Source of the DNA: an uncultured Defluviitaleaceae bacterium
GTDB lineage: Bacteria > Bacillota > Clostridia > Lachnospirales > WRBF01
DNA: 64,000 nucleotides
NCBI GenBank assembly: GCA_964533945.1
Contig: CAZHPA010000005.1
Coordinates: 18,213 to 82,212, forward strand
Direction: 5' to 3'
Positions within the stretch are counted from its first letter, which is position 1. The number at the start of each line of letters is the position of its first letter. The position numbers were made by a program, and so were the translations under genes. Of this stretch, positions 40,114 to 49,324 are shown in pieces. Below the pieces are notes generated by a model. It had not been told where the DNA came from. It saw only the letters and a list, made by a program, of their open reading frames with translations, and ran no database searches.

Positions 40114-40154
40114 GGGCAGACATTTATATATTAAATGTTTGCCTTTGTTATTTT
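40114..40154 (+). terminator. intrinsic terminator-like hairpin in the leader of the phage-like cluster
   Basis: 11-bp stem ggcagacattt/aaatgtttgcc (one G-T), 7-nt loop, tail tttgttatttt. Confidence 0.55.
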
Positions 40155-40185
40155 AAAAATGTTGCCTTTAAAACGTGGCGGTTTG

Positions 40186-40217
40186 TTGACATTTTTCGAC
40201 ATATTTTTTGTGATAAT
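40186..40217 (+). promoter_or_regulatory. promoter candidate upstream of the RinA-like gene (TTGACA; TGtGATAAT extended -10)
   Basis: TTGACA 40186-40191. TGTGATAAT at 40209-40217; the 20-nt spacer is long, so the extended -10 may act alone. Confidence 0.4.
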
Positions 40218-40258
40218 ATAAAAGCATAGAAAAGGGAAATTAAAAGGAGGAATATTTC

Positions 40259-40678
40259 GTGAAGCTACCTAAAGTTGTTTACAGATATATTGAATACGAA
40301 CTGTTTCACTACGAAGAATATAAAAAGGAATTGTTGCTTGAAAGAGAGAGAATTTTGGAAAGCTACTCGTCATCTATTGGTGCCGAAATTCGTGGAAGCC
40401 AAAAAACCGACGCAACGCAAAGAAAGGTAATTAATCTTATGGAATCGACGGCTGTTTTGTCCCTTGAAAGAAAAATACGGGCTATTGATTATACGCTTGC
40501 AACTCTTTCCAAAACCCATGCTATGCTATTTAACGCATTGTATAACCAAAAAAGAACCGATATTTACAAAATTTGCAATGAGTTATCTATTTCAAAAGAA
40601 ACCTACGCACGCTATAAGCAGCATATAATACACAATGTTGGAAAAGAACTTGGAATTTTCAGTGGTATTGGGGTTTAG
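40259..40678 (+). CDS. RinA-family phage late-gene transcriptional activator
   Basis: GTG after AAAAGGAGG. YRYIEYELFHYEEYKKEL start and 139-aa size are typical of RinA/ArpU-type regulators placed just before terS. Confidence 0.65.
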   Translation: MKLPKVVYRYIEYELFHYEEYKKELLLERERILESYSSSIGAEIRGSQKTDATQRKVINLMESTAVLSLERKIRAIDYTLATLSKTHAMLFNALYNQKRTDIYKICNELSISKETYARYKQHIIHNVGKELGIFSGIGV

Positions 40679-40704
40679 AAAACTTAAAAGAGAGAGGTGG
40701 TGGA

Positions 40705-41331
40705 ATGCCTAAGAAAAAAGAAACCAATAAGCAGCAAGCCGAATTAACGCTTTTTGAAAAAAGCTTTTGCATTAGTTACATTCAAACTTTTAATGCAACG
40801 CAAGCAGCATTAAACGCTGGCTGTTCAATTGCCGACGCATATGAAACCGGACAGCACTTATTGCAAACACCCCGCATTAAAGCTGAAATTGAAAAGCTTA
40901 AAGAAATTAAAAGCGAAATGCTTGTATTTGATAAAGAAGACATACTTTTAAAGCAGATGAAAATAGCATTTGCCGACATTACAGATTTTGTGCAATTTGG
41001 AACAGAGGAAGTTGTAGTTGTCGATAAAAAAACTAACGAACCTCAAACTAAATTAATTAATTCTGTTTACTTGAAAGATTCCAAAAAGGTTGATGGTGGA
41101 ATTATTGATGAAGTTTACTGCACATCAACGGGTGTTGCAAGAATTAAGCTTGCCGACAGGCAAAAAGCTTTAGATTGGCTTTCTAAATATTTTAAAATGT
41201 ATCCTCTTGATGAGCATAAAATCGAGTACGACAGGCAGAAGCTTCTTACTGAAAAGAAAGGAAAACACGAACCGATTGAAATAAATATCAAAACGGCTAA
41301 ACCCAAAGAAGAAGAGGGAGAAAATCAATGA
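40705..41331 (+). CDS. terminase small subunit
   Basis: FCISYIQTFNATQAALNAGCS HTH pattern (Terminase_2 type), position before terL. Confidence 0.8.
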   Translation: MPKKKETNKQQAELTLFEKSFCISYIQTFNATQAALNAGCSIADAYETGQHLLQTPRIKAEIEKLKEIKSEMLVFDKEDILLKQMKIAFADITDFVQFGTEEVVVVDKKTNEPQTKLINSVYLKDSKKVDGGIIDEVYCTSTGVARIKLADRQKALDWLSKYFKMYPLDEHKIEYDRQKLLTEKKGKHEPIEINIKTAKPKEEEGENQ

Positions 41332-42567
41332 ATGAATAAGCTAATTAATCCTCATTTTGAACATTATTTGCATGATTGGCAACATAAATTTTATTTTTTA
41401 GTCGGGGGTTACGGTTCGTCTAAAAGCTATCATACTGCTTTAAAAATTGTTTTAAAGCTTTTGCAAGAAAAGCGAACAGCTTTAGTTGTGCGTCAAGTTT
41501 TTGATACACTTAGAAATAGTTGCTTTTCATTGCTTTGCGAAATAATAGACGAACTTATGCTTGATGAGTATGTTAGCTATACCGTTTCCCCTATTCAAAT
41601 TAAGTTTTCAAATGGTTCGGTTATATTGTTTAAAGGAATGGACAGACCAGAAAAGCTTAAATCTATTAACAACGTTACAATTGCTTGGCTTGAAGAATGT
41701 GCAGAACTTTCATATGGGGGATTTAAAGAAATTTTAGGAAGACTTAGGCACAAAACATTGCCGCTTCACTTTATTTTAACAACTAACCCTGTTGGCAAAA
41801 ATAATTGGGTTTACGAGCATTTTTTCATTAAGCTTAAAAATATACCTGCCAATTTTGAACAGCTGCTTTATGAAAGAAAAGAAATTTCGGTTGGAAATAT
41901 GTACTTTAATCATTCAACGGTTGAAGATAATTTATTTGTTCAAGATGAATATGTTAAACAGCTTGATGAACTTTTAGAATACGACCCCGATTTATACCGC
42001 ATTGCAAGAGAGGGAAAGTTTGGAGTATGCACAAACGTTGTCCTTCCTCAATTTAAAATAGCTAGGCATTACGAAGTTATTGAAGCTATTAATAATTGCG
42101 AAAATATAGTTAGGCGTGTTGGTATGGATTTTGGCTTTGAAACAAGCTATAACGCCGTTGTTAGAATGGCGATTGACGAGCAGAGCAAGGTTTTATACAT
42201 ATATTGGGAATATTATAAAAACAAAATGACAGACGATAAAACAGCATTAGAGCTTTCGGAATTTAAAGTTACAAAAGAGCTGATTTTTGCAGATTGTGCC
42301 GAACCTAAAACTATTATGTATTTTAGGCAGCAAGGCTTTAAAATGATTGGCGCTAAAAAATTTCAAGGAAGCAGGCTTGAAAATTTAAAAAAGGTTAAAC
42401 GCTTTAAACAAATTATTTGTTCTGAAAATTGCATTAATACAATTAAAGAACTTTCCGAATTAACTTATGCTAAAGATAAAAACGGATTTATTATTCAAGA
42501 CAAGTTCAACATTGACCCTCATACTTTAAGCGCTATTTGGTATGGGCTTGAAGGGGTTAAAATTTAA
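41332..42567 (+). CDS. terminase large subunit (PBSX-type)
   Basis: Walker A-like [15 protein letters not shown] Walker B-like, 411 aa. Confidence 0.88.
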   Translation: MNKLINPHFEHYLHDWQHKFYFLVGGYGSSKSYHTALKIVLKLLQEKRTALVVRQVFDTLRNSCFSLLCEIIDELMLDEYVSYTVSPIQIKFSNGSVILFKGMDRPEKLKSINNVTIAWLEECAELSYGGFKEILGRLRHKTLPLHFILTTNPVGKNNWVYEHFFIKLKNIPANFEQLLYERKEISVGNMYFNHSTVEDNLFVQDEYVKQLDELLEYDPDLYRIAREGKFGVCTNVVLPQFKIARHYEVIEAINNCENIVRRVGMDFGFETSYNAVVRMAIDEQSKVLYIYWEYYKNKMTDDKTALELSEFKVTKELIFADCAEPKTIMYFRQQGFKMIGAKKFQGSRLENLKKVKRFKQIICSENCINTIKELSELTYAKDKNGFIIQDKFNIDPHTLSAIWYGLEGVKI

Positions 42568-42608
42568 TATGGGTGGTGGGCGGGATTAAAACAAAAGGAG
42601 GTGGCAAA

Positions 42609-44030
42609 ATGGACTACATGGACAGCATAAAAACCGAACTTAGCGGCATTTATGGGGAAGAAGTTTTAAAAGATTTATCGGAAATAATTCGCCTTTATGG
42701 AATGTATGACGGAGCAGGACAAAATTGGAGCATTGGACAACCCCTTGACTATATACCTACAAAAAAACGTACTAATTTTATTAAGAAGCTAATTAAAGAA
42801 GAAGCAAGGTTTTTGTTTGGAAAGACCCCTGAATTTACTTTTATTTCAAAAAGCGGACAAGATGTTTCTGGTGTTGAAGCATTTGTTAATAGAGCGCTTG
42901 AGGAAAATTTGTTTTCTGAAAAAATTGTTAAAGCTGCAAGAGATTGTTTTATAGGTAAAAGAGTTGCTGTTAAGCTATCGTATGCAGAAGATGAAGAAAT
43001 GCCTATCAAAATTAACTTTGTTCCGTCGCTTGGATTTGTGTTTTCGCCTTACGATGACGATATTGACAAGCTGCAATCAATAATTTTCTTTCACGGGCTA
43101 AATGATAAGTCAATGAAAGGCGAGCAGCGCATTTGGAAACAAAAGTATTGGATTGAAAACGGGCGCTGCTTTTTAGATGAAGGTGTTTACAATGGCTACG
43201 GTCAGTTGATTGAAAAACGTTTTAACAAACTTGATACAGGGCTTACGTTTATACCAGCAAAAGTTATTGTTAATGACGGCTTAACAGGAGATTTGAAAGG
43301 TGAAAGTGACGTTGCGGAAATTGTTGAACTGCAAAATGTTTATAATAGAATTTCAAGCGATGATATTGATGCGCTTAAATTTAATATGTTTCCGCAAACC
43401 GTTGCCGTTAACGCAAGCGAAGACAGTCTAAACCGCATAAGTATATGCCCTTCGGCTTTAATTGATTTGCAACCCGAATATACAACCGGAGATGCCATAC
43501 CTCAGCTTTATAAGCTTGAATCTAGTTTCAGCTATGACACAAGGGCAGAAAACGTTTTAAACAGGTTAAAAAGTGATATGCATGAACTTTTAAGCATTCC
43601 CAATCTAAGCCATAATGAACTTAGGTCTTTTGTTGCAAGCGGAAAAACATTAAAAGCTTTATATTGGCAACTTACAACACGCTGCGAGGAAAAGTTTTCC
43701 GCTTGGCGGCCTGCTTTAGTTTGGCTTGCTAAAAGCATTTTAAAAATGGGACAGCTTCATAATCTTTTTGAATTTGACATTCCTAAAGATTTATCAATTG
43801 ACGCTATAAACATCTACCCATTGCTTCAAGATGAACTTGATGAAAAGAAATCGGACATTGAAGCTGTTACACAAGGTGCTATGAGCAAAAAAGCTTATAT
43901 TAAAAAATGGAACAAAGACTATAATGACTTAATGGCAGAAAAGGAAATTACAGAAATTAAAAAAGACTATATTGACTTAGCGTCAGAAACAGCAGAAGAA
44001 AATTTAGAAGTTAAAGAGGAGGTGGAATAA
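42609..44030 (+). CDS. portal protein (SPP1 gp6-like)
   Basis: ATG 42609 after AAAGGAGGTGG; 473 aa directly after terL. Confidence 0.8.
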   Translation: MDYMDSIKTELSGIYGEEVLKDLSEIIRLYGMYDGAGQNWSIGQPLDYIPTKKRTNFIKKLIKEEARFLFGKTPEFTFISKSGQDVSGVEAFVNRALEENLFSEKIVKAARDCFIGKRVAVKLSYAEDEEMPIKINFVPSLGFVFSPYDDDIDKLQSIIFFHGLNDKSMKGEQRIWKQKYWIENGRCFLDEGVYNGYGQLIEKRFNKLDTGLTFIPAKVIVNDGLTGDLKGESDVAEIVELQNVYNRISSDDIDALKFNMFPQTVAVNASEDSLNRISICPSALIDLQPEYTTGDAIPQLYKLESSFSYDTRAENVLNRLKSDMHELLSIPNLSHNELRSFVASGKTLKALYWQLTTRCEEKFSAWRPALVWLAKSILKMGQLHNLFEFDIPKDLSIDAINIYPLLQDELDEKKSDIEAVTQGAMSKKAYIKKWNKDYNDLMAEKEITEIKKDYIDLASETAEENLEVKEEVE

Positions 44031-44512
44031 TGGACATTGAAGCTTTAAAGCAAATTGGAATTTTAGATGAGCAAGCGGAACAAATTTTATGTATGCACAA
44101 TTTAGCTTTAAAATCAGTTGAGGAACAAGCTGAAAAAAGTCGTTCTGAATTCGAACATAATTTAAAGTTTAAAACTGCACTTGAAAAACAACTTGCAAGT
44201 TCAAAAGCCAGAAATGTGCAGCTTGTAAATTCGCTTTTAGACTATAATGCATTGTCGCTTGGAGATGATGGCGAAATTGTTGGGCTTGCAGAGCAATTAG
44301 AAAAAATTAAAAAAGAAGCGGATTATATGTTTTATGAAGAAACCGAAAAACAGCCCTATGCCTTTACAGGAAGCGTTGGAAGTTTTTTGCGTAAAGACAA
44401 AGATGTTAAAAATCCTTTTGCAAAAGAAAGCTTTAACTTAACAGAGCAAAGTAAAATATTTAAAGAAGACAAAGAGCTTGCGCAAACTATGATAAGGCAG
44501 GCTTCTATTTAG
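44030..44512 (+). CDS. scaffolding protein (GP20-like)
   Basis: TAATG overlap with the portal gene; helical, charged 160-aa protein between portal and capsid. Confidence 0.65.
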   Translation: MDIEALKQIGILDEQAEQILCMHNLALKSVEEQAEKSRSEFEHNLKFKTALEKQLASSKARNVQLVNSLLDYNALSLGDDGEIVGLAEQLEKIKKEADYMFYEETEKQPYAFTGSVGSFLRKDKDVKNPFAKESFNLTEQSKIFKEDKELAQTMIRQASI

Positions 44513-44652
44513 TTAAGTTAGTTAAGACCAAATTAATCAAAAGTAAGTCAATCAAAGCAGAAAACTTTTAAGATTTTAATAAAACAGGCTTCCATATTAA
44601 CAAAATAGCAATCTATCTAAAAATAAAATTAAAATAAAAAGGGGTTTTAAAT

Positions 44653-45615
44653 ATGGTAAATGATTTGTCTGCAATTATTGTTCCTGAACTTTTTGCACCT
44701 TACGTTTCACAGCGAACTATGGAAAAATCGGCGCTTGTGCAATCAGGAATTATAACTCAAAATGCACAGTTCGACTCGCTTGCTTCGCAACCGACAGCAA
44801 TTGTTAATATGCCATTTTTCGAAGATTTAATAGGGGAATCTGAACAAATTATTGAAGGCGCCAGTCTTAACACAACTAAAATTTCCCCAATGAATGACAA
44901 AGCCGCAATAATTAGGCGCGCTAAAATGTGGAGTTCTACTGATTTAACAGCAGCTTTAAGCGGAGCAGACCCATCTGCGGCTATTGCTGAATTGGTTGCC
45001 GGTTTTTGGGTTCGTGATATGCAAAAAGAATTAATTGCAATTTTAAATGGGGCATTTGGTTCTTCAAGTATGGTGGAAAACATTTTAGATATTTCAAACT
45101 TAACAGGAACTGCTGCAAAATGGTCTGGAAGTTCATTCATTGACGCACAGCAGCTTTTAGGAGATGCTTCCGAATATTTAACAGCAGTTGTTATGCACAG
45201 TAAAACAAAATCTGCACTTAAAAAGCAAAACCTTTTAGATTCTATACCTCCTTCTGAAAATGCAGGGTTTGACACGTATCAAGGTGTTAGAGTTATTGTT
45301 GACGACAGTTGTCCTGTTTCCGAAGATGTTTATACATCATATTTATTTGGGCAAGGAGCAATTGCATACGGCAATGGAAACCCAGCAGGCTTTGTTTCAA
45401 TTGAAACAGATAGAGATAAAAAGAAAGGTTCCGGCGTTGACTATTTAATTAGCCGCAAAACTTTTATACTTCACCCAAGGGGAATTAAATTTACATCTGC
45501 AAGCGTTGCATTGCCTGAAGGTCCTTCAAGAGCAGAACTTTCGCTTGACCAAAATTGGATACGTGTTTACGAGCCTAAGCAAGTTAGAATTGTGCAGTTT
45601 AAACATAAGCTATAA
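44653..45615 (+). CDS. major capsid protein
   Basis: 320 aa; N-terminal IVPELFAPYVSQRTMEKSALVQSGI pattern typical of SPP1-gp13-like capsid proteins; position. Confidence 0.8.
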   Translation: MVNDLSAIIVPELFAPYVSQRTMEKSALVQSGIITQNAQFDSLASQPTAIVNMPFFEDLIGESEQIIEGASLNTTKISPMNDKAAIIRRAKMWSSTDLTAALSGADPSAAIAELVAGFWVRDMQKELIAILNGAFGSSSMVENILDISNLTGTAAKWSGSSFIDAQQLLGDASEYLTAVVMHSKTKSALKKQNLLDSIPPSENAGFDTYQGVRVIVDDSCPVSEDVYTSYLFGQGAIAYGNGNPAGFVSIETDRDKKKGSGVDYLISRKTFILHPRGIKFTSASVALPEGPSRAELSLDQNWIRVYEPKQVRIVQFKHKL

Positions 45616-45645
45616 TTTTGGCTAAAACACATAGAGGTGTTATTT

Positions 45646-45930
45646 ATGAATTTACAACAAAGGGAAATTTTAGCCAATCTAAAGCTTAATTTACGTGAGG
45701 AAAAGTTCCCGTGCTTTAGTGACGATGAGCTTACATATGTTTTAAACAAATATAATTTTGATTTAGAGCGAACAACTTATGAATGCTTGGTTATGAAAGC
45801 ACAAGACGATACAATAAGACTTCCTTCAGGACTATCAATTCAAAGCAGCAGAAACTATTGGCTTTCTATTGCTAAGCGGTATCGGCAAAATGCAGGGGGC
45901 AGCATTAAAAGAGAAGGTGAAGAATATTAA
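45646..45930 (+). CDS. head-tail connector / DNA-packaging adaptor protein
   Basis: ATG 45646 after AGAGG; small protein after the capsid gene. Confidence 0.55.
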   Translation: MNLQQREILANLKLNLREEKFPCFSDDELTYVLNKYNFDLERTTYECLVMKAQDDTIRLPSGLSIQSSRNYWLSIAKRYRQNAGGSIKREGEEY

Positions 45931-46303
45931 AGCTAACATTGAATCAATACGGCAAAAAATTAAACGCAGTATTGAAACTTTCTCTAATAAAGTTAAAGTT
46001 TACCGCAACACAAAAAATGAATTTAATGAACCTTTGCCTTTAGAAGAAATTTTTATTGCCGAGATTTTGGGGCAATATTACAAAGGGCAAATGCTTAGAA
46101 TAGGAACAAGCACAAGCACAAAGGGAGCAATTAAAACTGAATATGCCGAAAGGTTTTTGACGATTATCGACCTTAATTCATTAAAGATTAAAGAGGGCGA
46201 TTTTTTTATGCTTAACGGCATTAAATATAAAATTTTTGACTTAGGAAACGTTGAAAACATATATTTTGATTTTTCTATTGTTAGAACATCTTGGAATATT
46301 TGA
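45869..46303 (+). CDS. head-tail joining (head closure) protein; true start probably near 45917-45926
   Basis: Position and size. The track start overlaps the upstream ORF by 62 nt; GTG 45917 or ATT 45926 behind AAGGTGA would give ~126 aa. Confidence 0.55.
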   Translation: MLSGIGKMQGAALKEKVKNIKANIESIRQKIKRSIETFSNKVKVYRNTKNEFNEPLPLEEIFIAEILGQYYKGQMLRIGTSTSTKGAIKTEYAERFLTIIDLNSLKIKEGDFFMLNGIKYKIFDLGNVENIYFDFSIVRTSWNI

Positions 46304-46313
46304 GGTGGTTTTA

Positions 46314-46661
46314 ATGGGTTTAACGCTTAACAGCTTAAAACTTGACAATTTTCTGCAGAGCAGTGAAAACCATGTTAAAGAAGCTATGTACGCTACAGGG
46401 AAAAAAGCCGCTCTTGAGCTTGAAAGTGCTGCTAAATCAAGTGCGCCTTGGTTAGACAGGACAGGGCGTGCGCGGCGTAGCTTAACGGGCGAATGTACTA
46501 TAGACGGCAATATGCTTATTATTTCTCTTTATGGCAAAGAAAAGCATTCGGTTCTCCTTGAACTTTGCAAAGAACAAAAGTTTTCTATACTTGCTCCAGC
46601 CATTTACAAAAACTATGAAAACATACTGCATAAAATTACTGCATCTGCTTTTAACCCCTAA
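46314..46661 (+). CDS. HK97 gp10-like tail-connector protein
   Basis: ATG 46314 after GAGGTGG; APWLDRTGRARRSL resembles the gp10-family P.dTG.Lr.S motif. Confidence 0.6.
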   Translation: MGLTLNSLKLDNFLQSSENHVKEAMYATGKKAALELESAAKSSAPWLDRTGRARRSLTGECTIDGNMLIISLYGKEKHSVLLELCKEQKFSILAPAIYKNYENILHKITASAFNP

Positions 46662-46688
46662 AGCCTTTGCTTTAGGGGTTTGCTATTA
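46655..46688 (+). terminator. terminator-like hairpin between head-completion and tail genes
   Basis: 10-bp perfect stem cccctaaagc/gctttagggg (46655-46678), 4-nt loop, tail tttgctatt. Confidence 0.5.
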
Positions 46689-47054
46689 AAGAAAAAAGGA
46701 GGGGGGAAATTTACGTTTAAAAAAATATATATGTTGCTTAAAGAAAATGGATTTAACGTTTATTCTATAGGGCAGCATGAAGGAATTTGCAACGAGCCTT
46801 ATGTTGTAATTGGCGAAAACGGGCAATTCCCGTTTTCAAAGCCTCAAATTGTATATAGCATCGTTGACATTATGCTATTTTACCCTATAGGAAAATATAC
46901 GGAATTTTCAGATTTTGTTGAAGCAGTTAGAGAATGCTTGAAGCAAATTCGAGAGTTGAAAAATATGTGCGAAATGAGTGCAATTGTTATAGACCACGAG
47001 TTAAAAGCATATACGCAAACTATTAAGTATCAGGTTTATAAAAGGAGGGCGTAG
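46680..47054 (+). CDS. tail completion/terminator-like protein (start uncertain: TTG 46680 or ATG 46731)
   Basis: Position before the major tail gene. A strong AAGGAGGGGGG lies inside the 5-prime end of the track ORF. Confidence 0.5.
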   Translation: MLLKKKGGGKFTFKKIYMLLKENGFNVYSIGQHEGICNEPYVVIGENGQFPFSKPQIVYSIVDIMLFYPIGKYTEFSDFVEAVRECLKQIRELKNMCEMSAIVIDHELKAYTQTIKYQVYKRRA

Positions 47055-47056
47055 CT

Positions 47057-47599
47057 ATGGTAATTGAAAAAGCTTTAACAGGAGTTGCATTAGTTGTTTT
47101 AAAAGATAAAAAAAATAAAACCTATTCTTTTACAACGGCAACGATGGCTAATGCAAAAGTTAATATTGAAGAAGGCAAAAAGACAGAGCTTATAATTAAA
47201 GGCGTACTTAAAGCTCAAAAGAAATTTGATTCAACAATTAAAGGTGTTGATGTTGAATTTCAAGATAATATGTTTTTGCCCGAAGTTGTTGCATTACTTC
47301 AAGGCGGAACTGTTGAAAAAGATACTCAAGGAAGGTTTGTTAAATATACACCTATACCAGCAGGAACTGCACCAAACCTTGAAAGCTTTGATGTTGAAAT
47401 TTATACAGAAGAAACAGACACAAGCGGTCAAACGCTTAGGTATGCCAAATTAACACTTCCAAACGGAAAAGGGGAGCCTGTGGAACTTAACTTTGAAGAT
47501 GATAAGTTTTTTTCGGCAAAATATGTTATTAAAACGTATCCAGCGTATGGCGAGCCACCTTATAAAATAGAAATGGTTACTAGCTTGCCTGCAATTTAA
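47057..47599 (+). CDS. major tail protein
   Basis: 180 aa, located immediately before the chaperone/tape-measure genes. Confidence 0.7.
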   Translation: MVIEKALTGVALVVLKDKKNKTYSFTTATMANAKVNIEEGKKTELIIKGVLKAQKKFDSTIKGVDVEFQDNMFLPEVVALLQGGTVEKDTQGRFVKYTPIPAGTAPNLESFDVEIYTEETDTSGQTLRYAKLTLPNGKGEPVELNFEDDKFFSAKYVIKTYPAYGEPPYKIEMVTSLPAI

Positions 47600-47635
47600 T
47601 AAAATATTGCTATATCAAAAGAAAGGGGGAACAAT

Positions 47636-48034
47636 ATGGAGTTAAATAAAATAGCACAAGGAGAAGTTGTTAAACTTTCGCCTTTTATTTCAGATGAACC
47701 ATTTGTTGTTAGGCTAAAGCGTCCATCACTGTTACAGCTTGCAGCAAGCGGAAAAATTCCAAATCCGCTTTTAGGTGTTGCAGAACAGCTTTTTAATGGC
47801 AACTTTAGCAATTCTAAGCAAAACATTAAAGAAACAGCAGAATTTCTTTTGCTTATTGCCAAAAACGCTTTAGTTTTTCCAACATTCGATGAGCTTTGCG
47901 AAAAAGAAATTAATTTAACAGATTTACAGCTAATTGAAATTTTTAACTACACACAAATGGGAGTTAAAGCTTTGGAAAATTTTCGTGGCTTCAAAGGAAG
48001 TTATGAGAATACTGACGCTTTGCATGACATATAA
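47636..48034 (+). CDS. tail assembly chaperone (XkdN-like)
   Basis: LKRPSLLQLAASGKIPNPLLGVAEQLF motif; position before the tape measure gene. Confidence 0.7.
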   Translation: MELNKIAQGEVVKLSPFISDEPFVVRLKRPSLLQLAASGKIPNPLLGVAEQLFNGNFSNSKQNIKETAEFLLLIAKNALVFPTFDELCEKEINLTDLQLIEIFNYTQMGVKALENFRGFKGSYENTDALHDI

Positions 48035-48200
48035 AACAAAACCCAGCGAAATTTTAAAGCTTGATGATGAATATACCGCCTTTTGCTTTGATGAAGCGCT
48101 AAGCTATATTTTGAATGAGCTTTTAAAACAAAATGGCAAAATCCCAAAATGGGATAATCGAAGCGATAATTTAATTTCATTTTTGCTAAATGGACTTTGA
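48003..48200 (+). CDS. second tail-chaperone ORF (gpT-like part), overlapping the 3-prime end of 47636-48034 in the +1 frame
   Basis: The ORF is open from 47934. An internal ATG at 48003 follows AAAGGAAG. PSEILKLDDEYTAFCFDEAL resembles the C-terminal extensions of chaperone frameshift products. Confidence 0.5.
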   Translation: MRILTLCMTYKTKPSEILKLDDEYTAFCFDEALSYILNELLKQNGKIPKWDNRSDNLISFLLNGL

Positions 48201-48209
48201 GGTGGTTTT

Positions 48210-49304
48210 ATGGCTATAAACGCAGGTACAGTTGCGGCTTATTTAACGCTTGATACAAGCAAATATTTGCAATCTTTAAAAGACGCAACAGAACAAACAC
48301 GGCTTTTCAAAACATCAAGCGGCGAAGCTAACGTATCACTCGAACTGCTTAAAAACACAGCTTCTATTACTGAAATGTATATTGGCAAAAATTTATCGGG
48401 GCAAATTAAAAGCACAACCGAAAACGTTTCGCTGCTTGATAAAGTTTTTTCAGAACTTAATAATGCACTTTCAAAAACAGAACATATAGAAGCTGTAATT
48501 CAAAACTTAGGAAAACTATCTAATGAAGCTGTTTTTACGGCAGCTTCATTAGGGGATTTAAGCAACACTGTTACAACTGAAATGCTTTTTAATTTCGACT
48601 TGCTTATGGATAAAAAGAAATTATCATTTAAAGAAGAATTAGAAGAATTTGGGAAAACAGAACAAGAAAAAGTAATAATTTTTTCAACAGAGCTTACAAA
48701 AAGAGAACAAATGCTTAAAAAATCACTTGATGAAAACAAAACAGTATTAAAAAGTTTTGTTCCAACATTTGCAAGCATAGGCGAAGAATATGGCAATGCT
48801 CTATTAAACGGTATTCAATCAACACGAAACAGAATACTTAATTATATTTCGCAAATTGCATCAGCAGTTAGAAATGCGGCAAATTACGGCTCATATACTC
48901 CATATTTCAATGGATATTCAAGCGGCACAAATAATGCTGCAGCAGGGCTTTCTGTTGTAGGCGAAAACGGTATGCCTGAAATTGTTGATTTTTCAGGAGG
49001 AGAGCAAGTTGTTAATTTCAAAGACAGCATTCAGCTATTAAATACAGCAGCAAAAACAGCGTTTGAATATAGTAATGCTTTTGCTGATATTTTGTATTCA
49101 AATAAAAATGTAAATAAAGATACAAACTTCGACTACAACCAGCTATCAAATACTATTGTAAACGCTGTTACAAATGCCATTGAAAAAAGCGTTAAGCCTA
49201 ACATCGTTTATAGCCCTACTTATAACAGCCCAGCAGAAGCTTCTATTTCTGAACTTATGCAACAAGATAAAATTAATTTGCGGCGCATTGGGCTTGGTTT
49301 TTAA
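48210..49304 (+). CDS. tape measure protein (short, 364 aa)
   Basis: Position after the chaperone pair; helical repetitive composition. Confidence 0.7.
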   Translation: MAINAGTVAAYLTLDTSKYLQSLKDATEQTRLFKTSSGEANVSLELLKNTASITEMYIGKNLSGQIKSTTENVSLLDKVFSELNNALSKTEHIEAVIQNLGKLSNEAVFTAASLGDLSNTVTTEMLFNFDLLMDKKKLSFKEELEEFGKTEQEKVIIFSTELTKREQMLKKSLDENKTVLKSFVPTFASIGEEYGNALLNGIQSTRNRILNYISQIASAVRNAANYGSYTPYFNGYSSGTNNAAAGLSVVGENGMPEIVDFSGGEQVVNFKDSIQLLNTAAKTAFEYSNAFADILYSNKNVNKDTNFDYNQLSNTIVNAVTNAIEKSVKPNIVYSPTYNSPAEASISELMQQDKINLRRIGLGF

Positions 49305-49324
49305 AAAAGAAAGGGGTGGCATAA

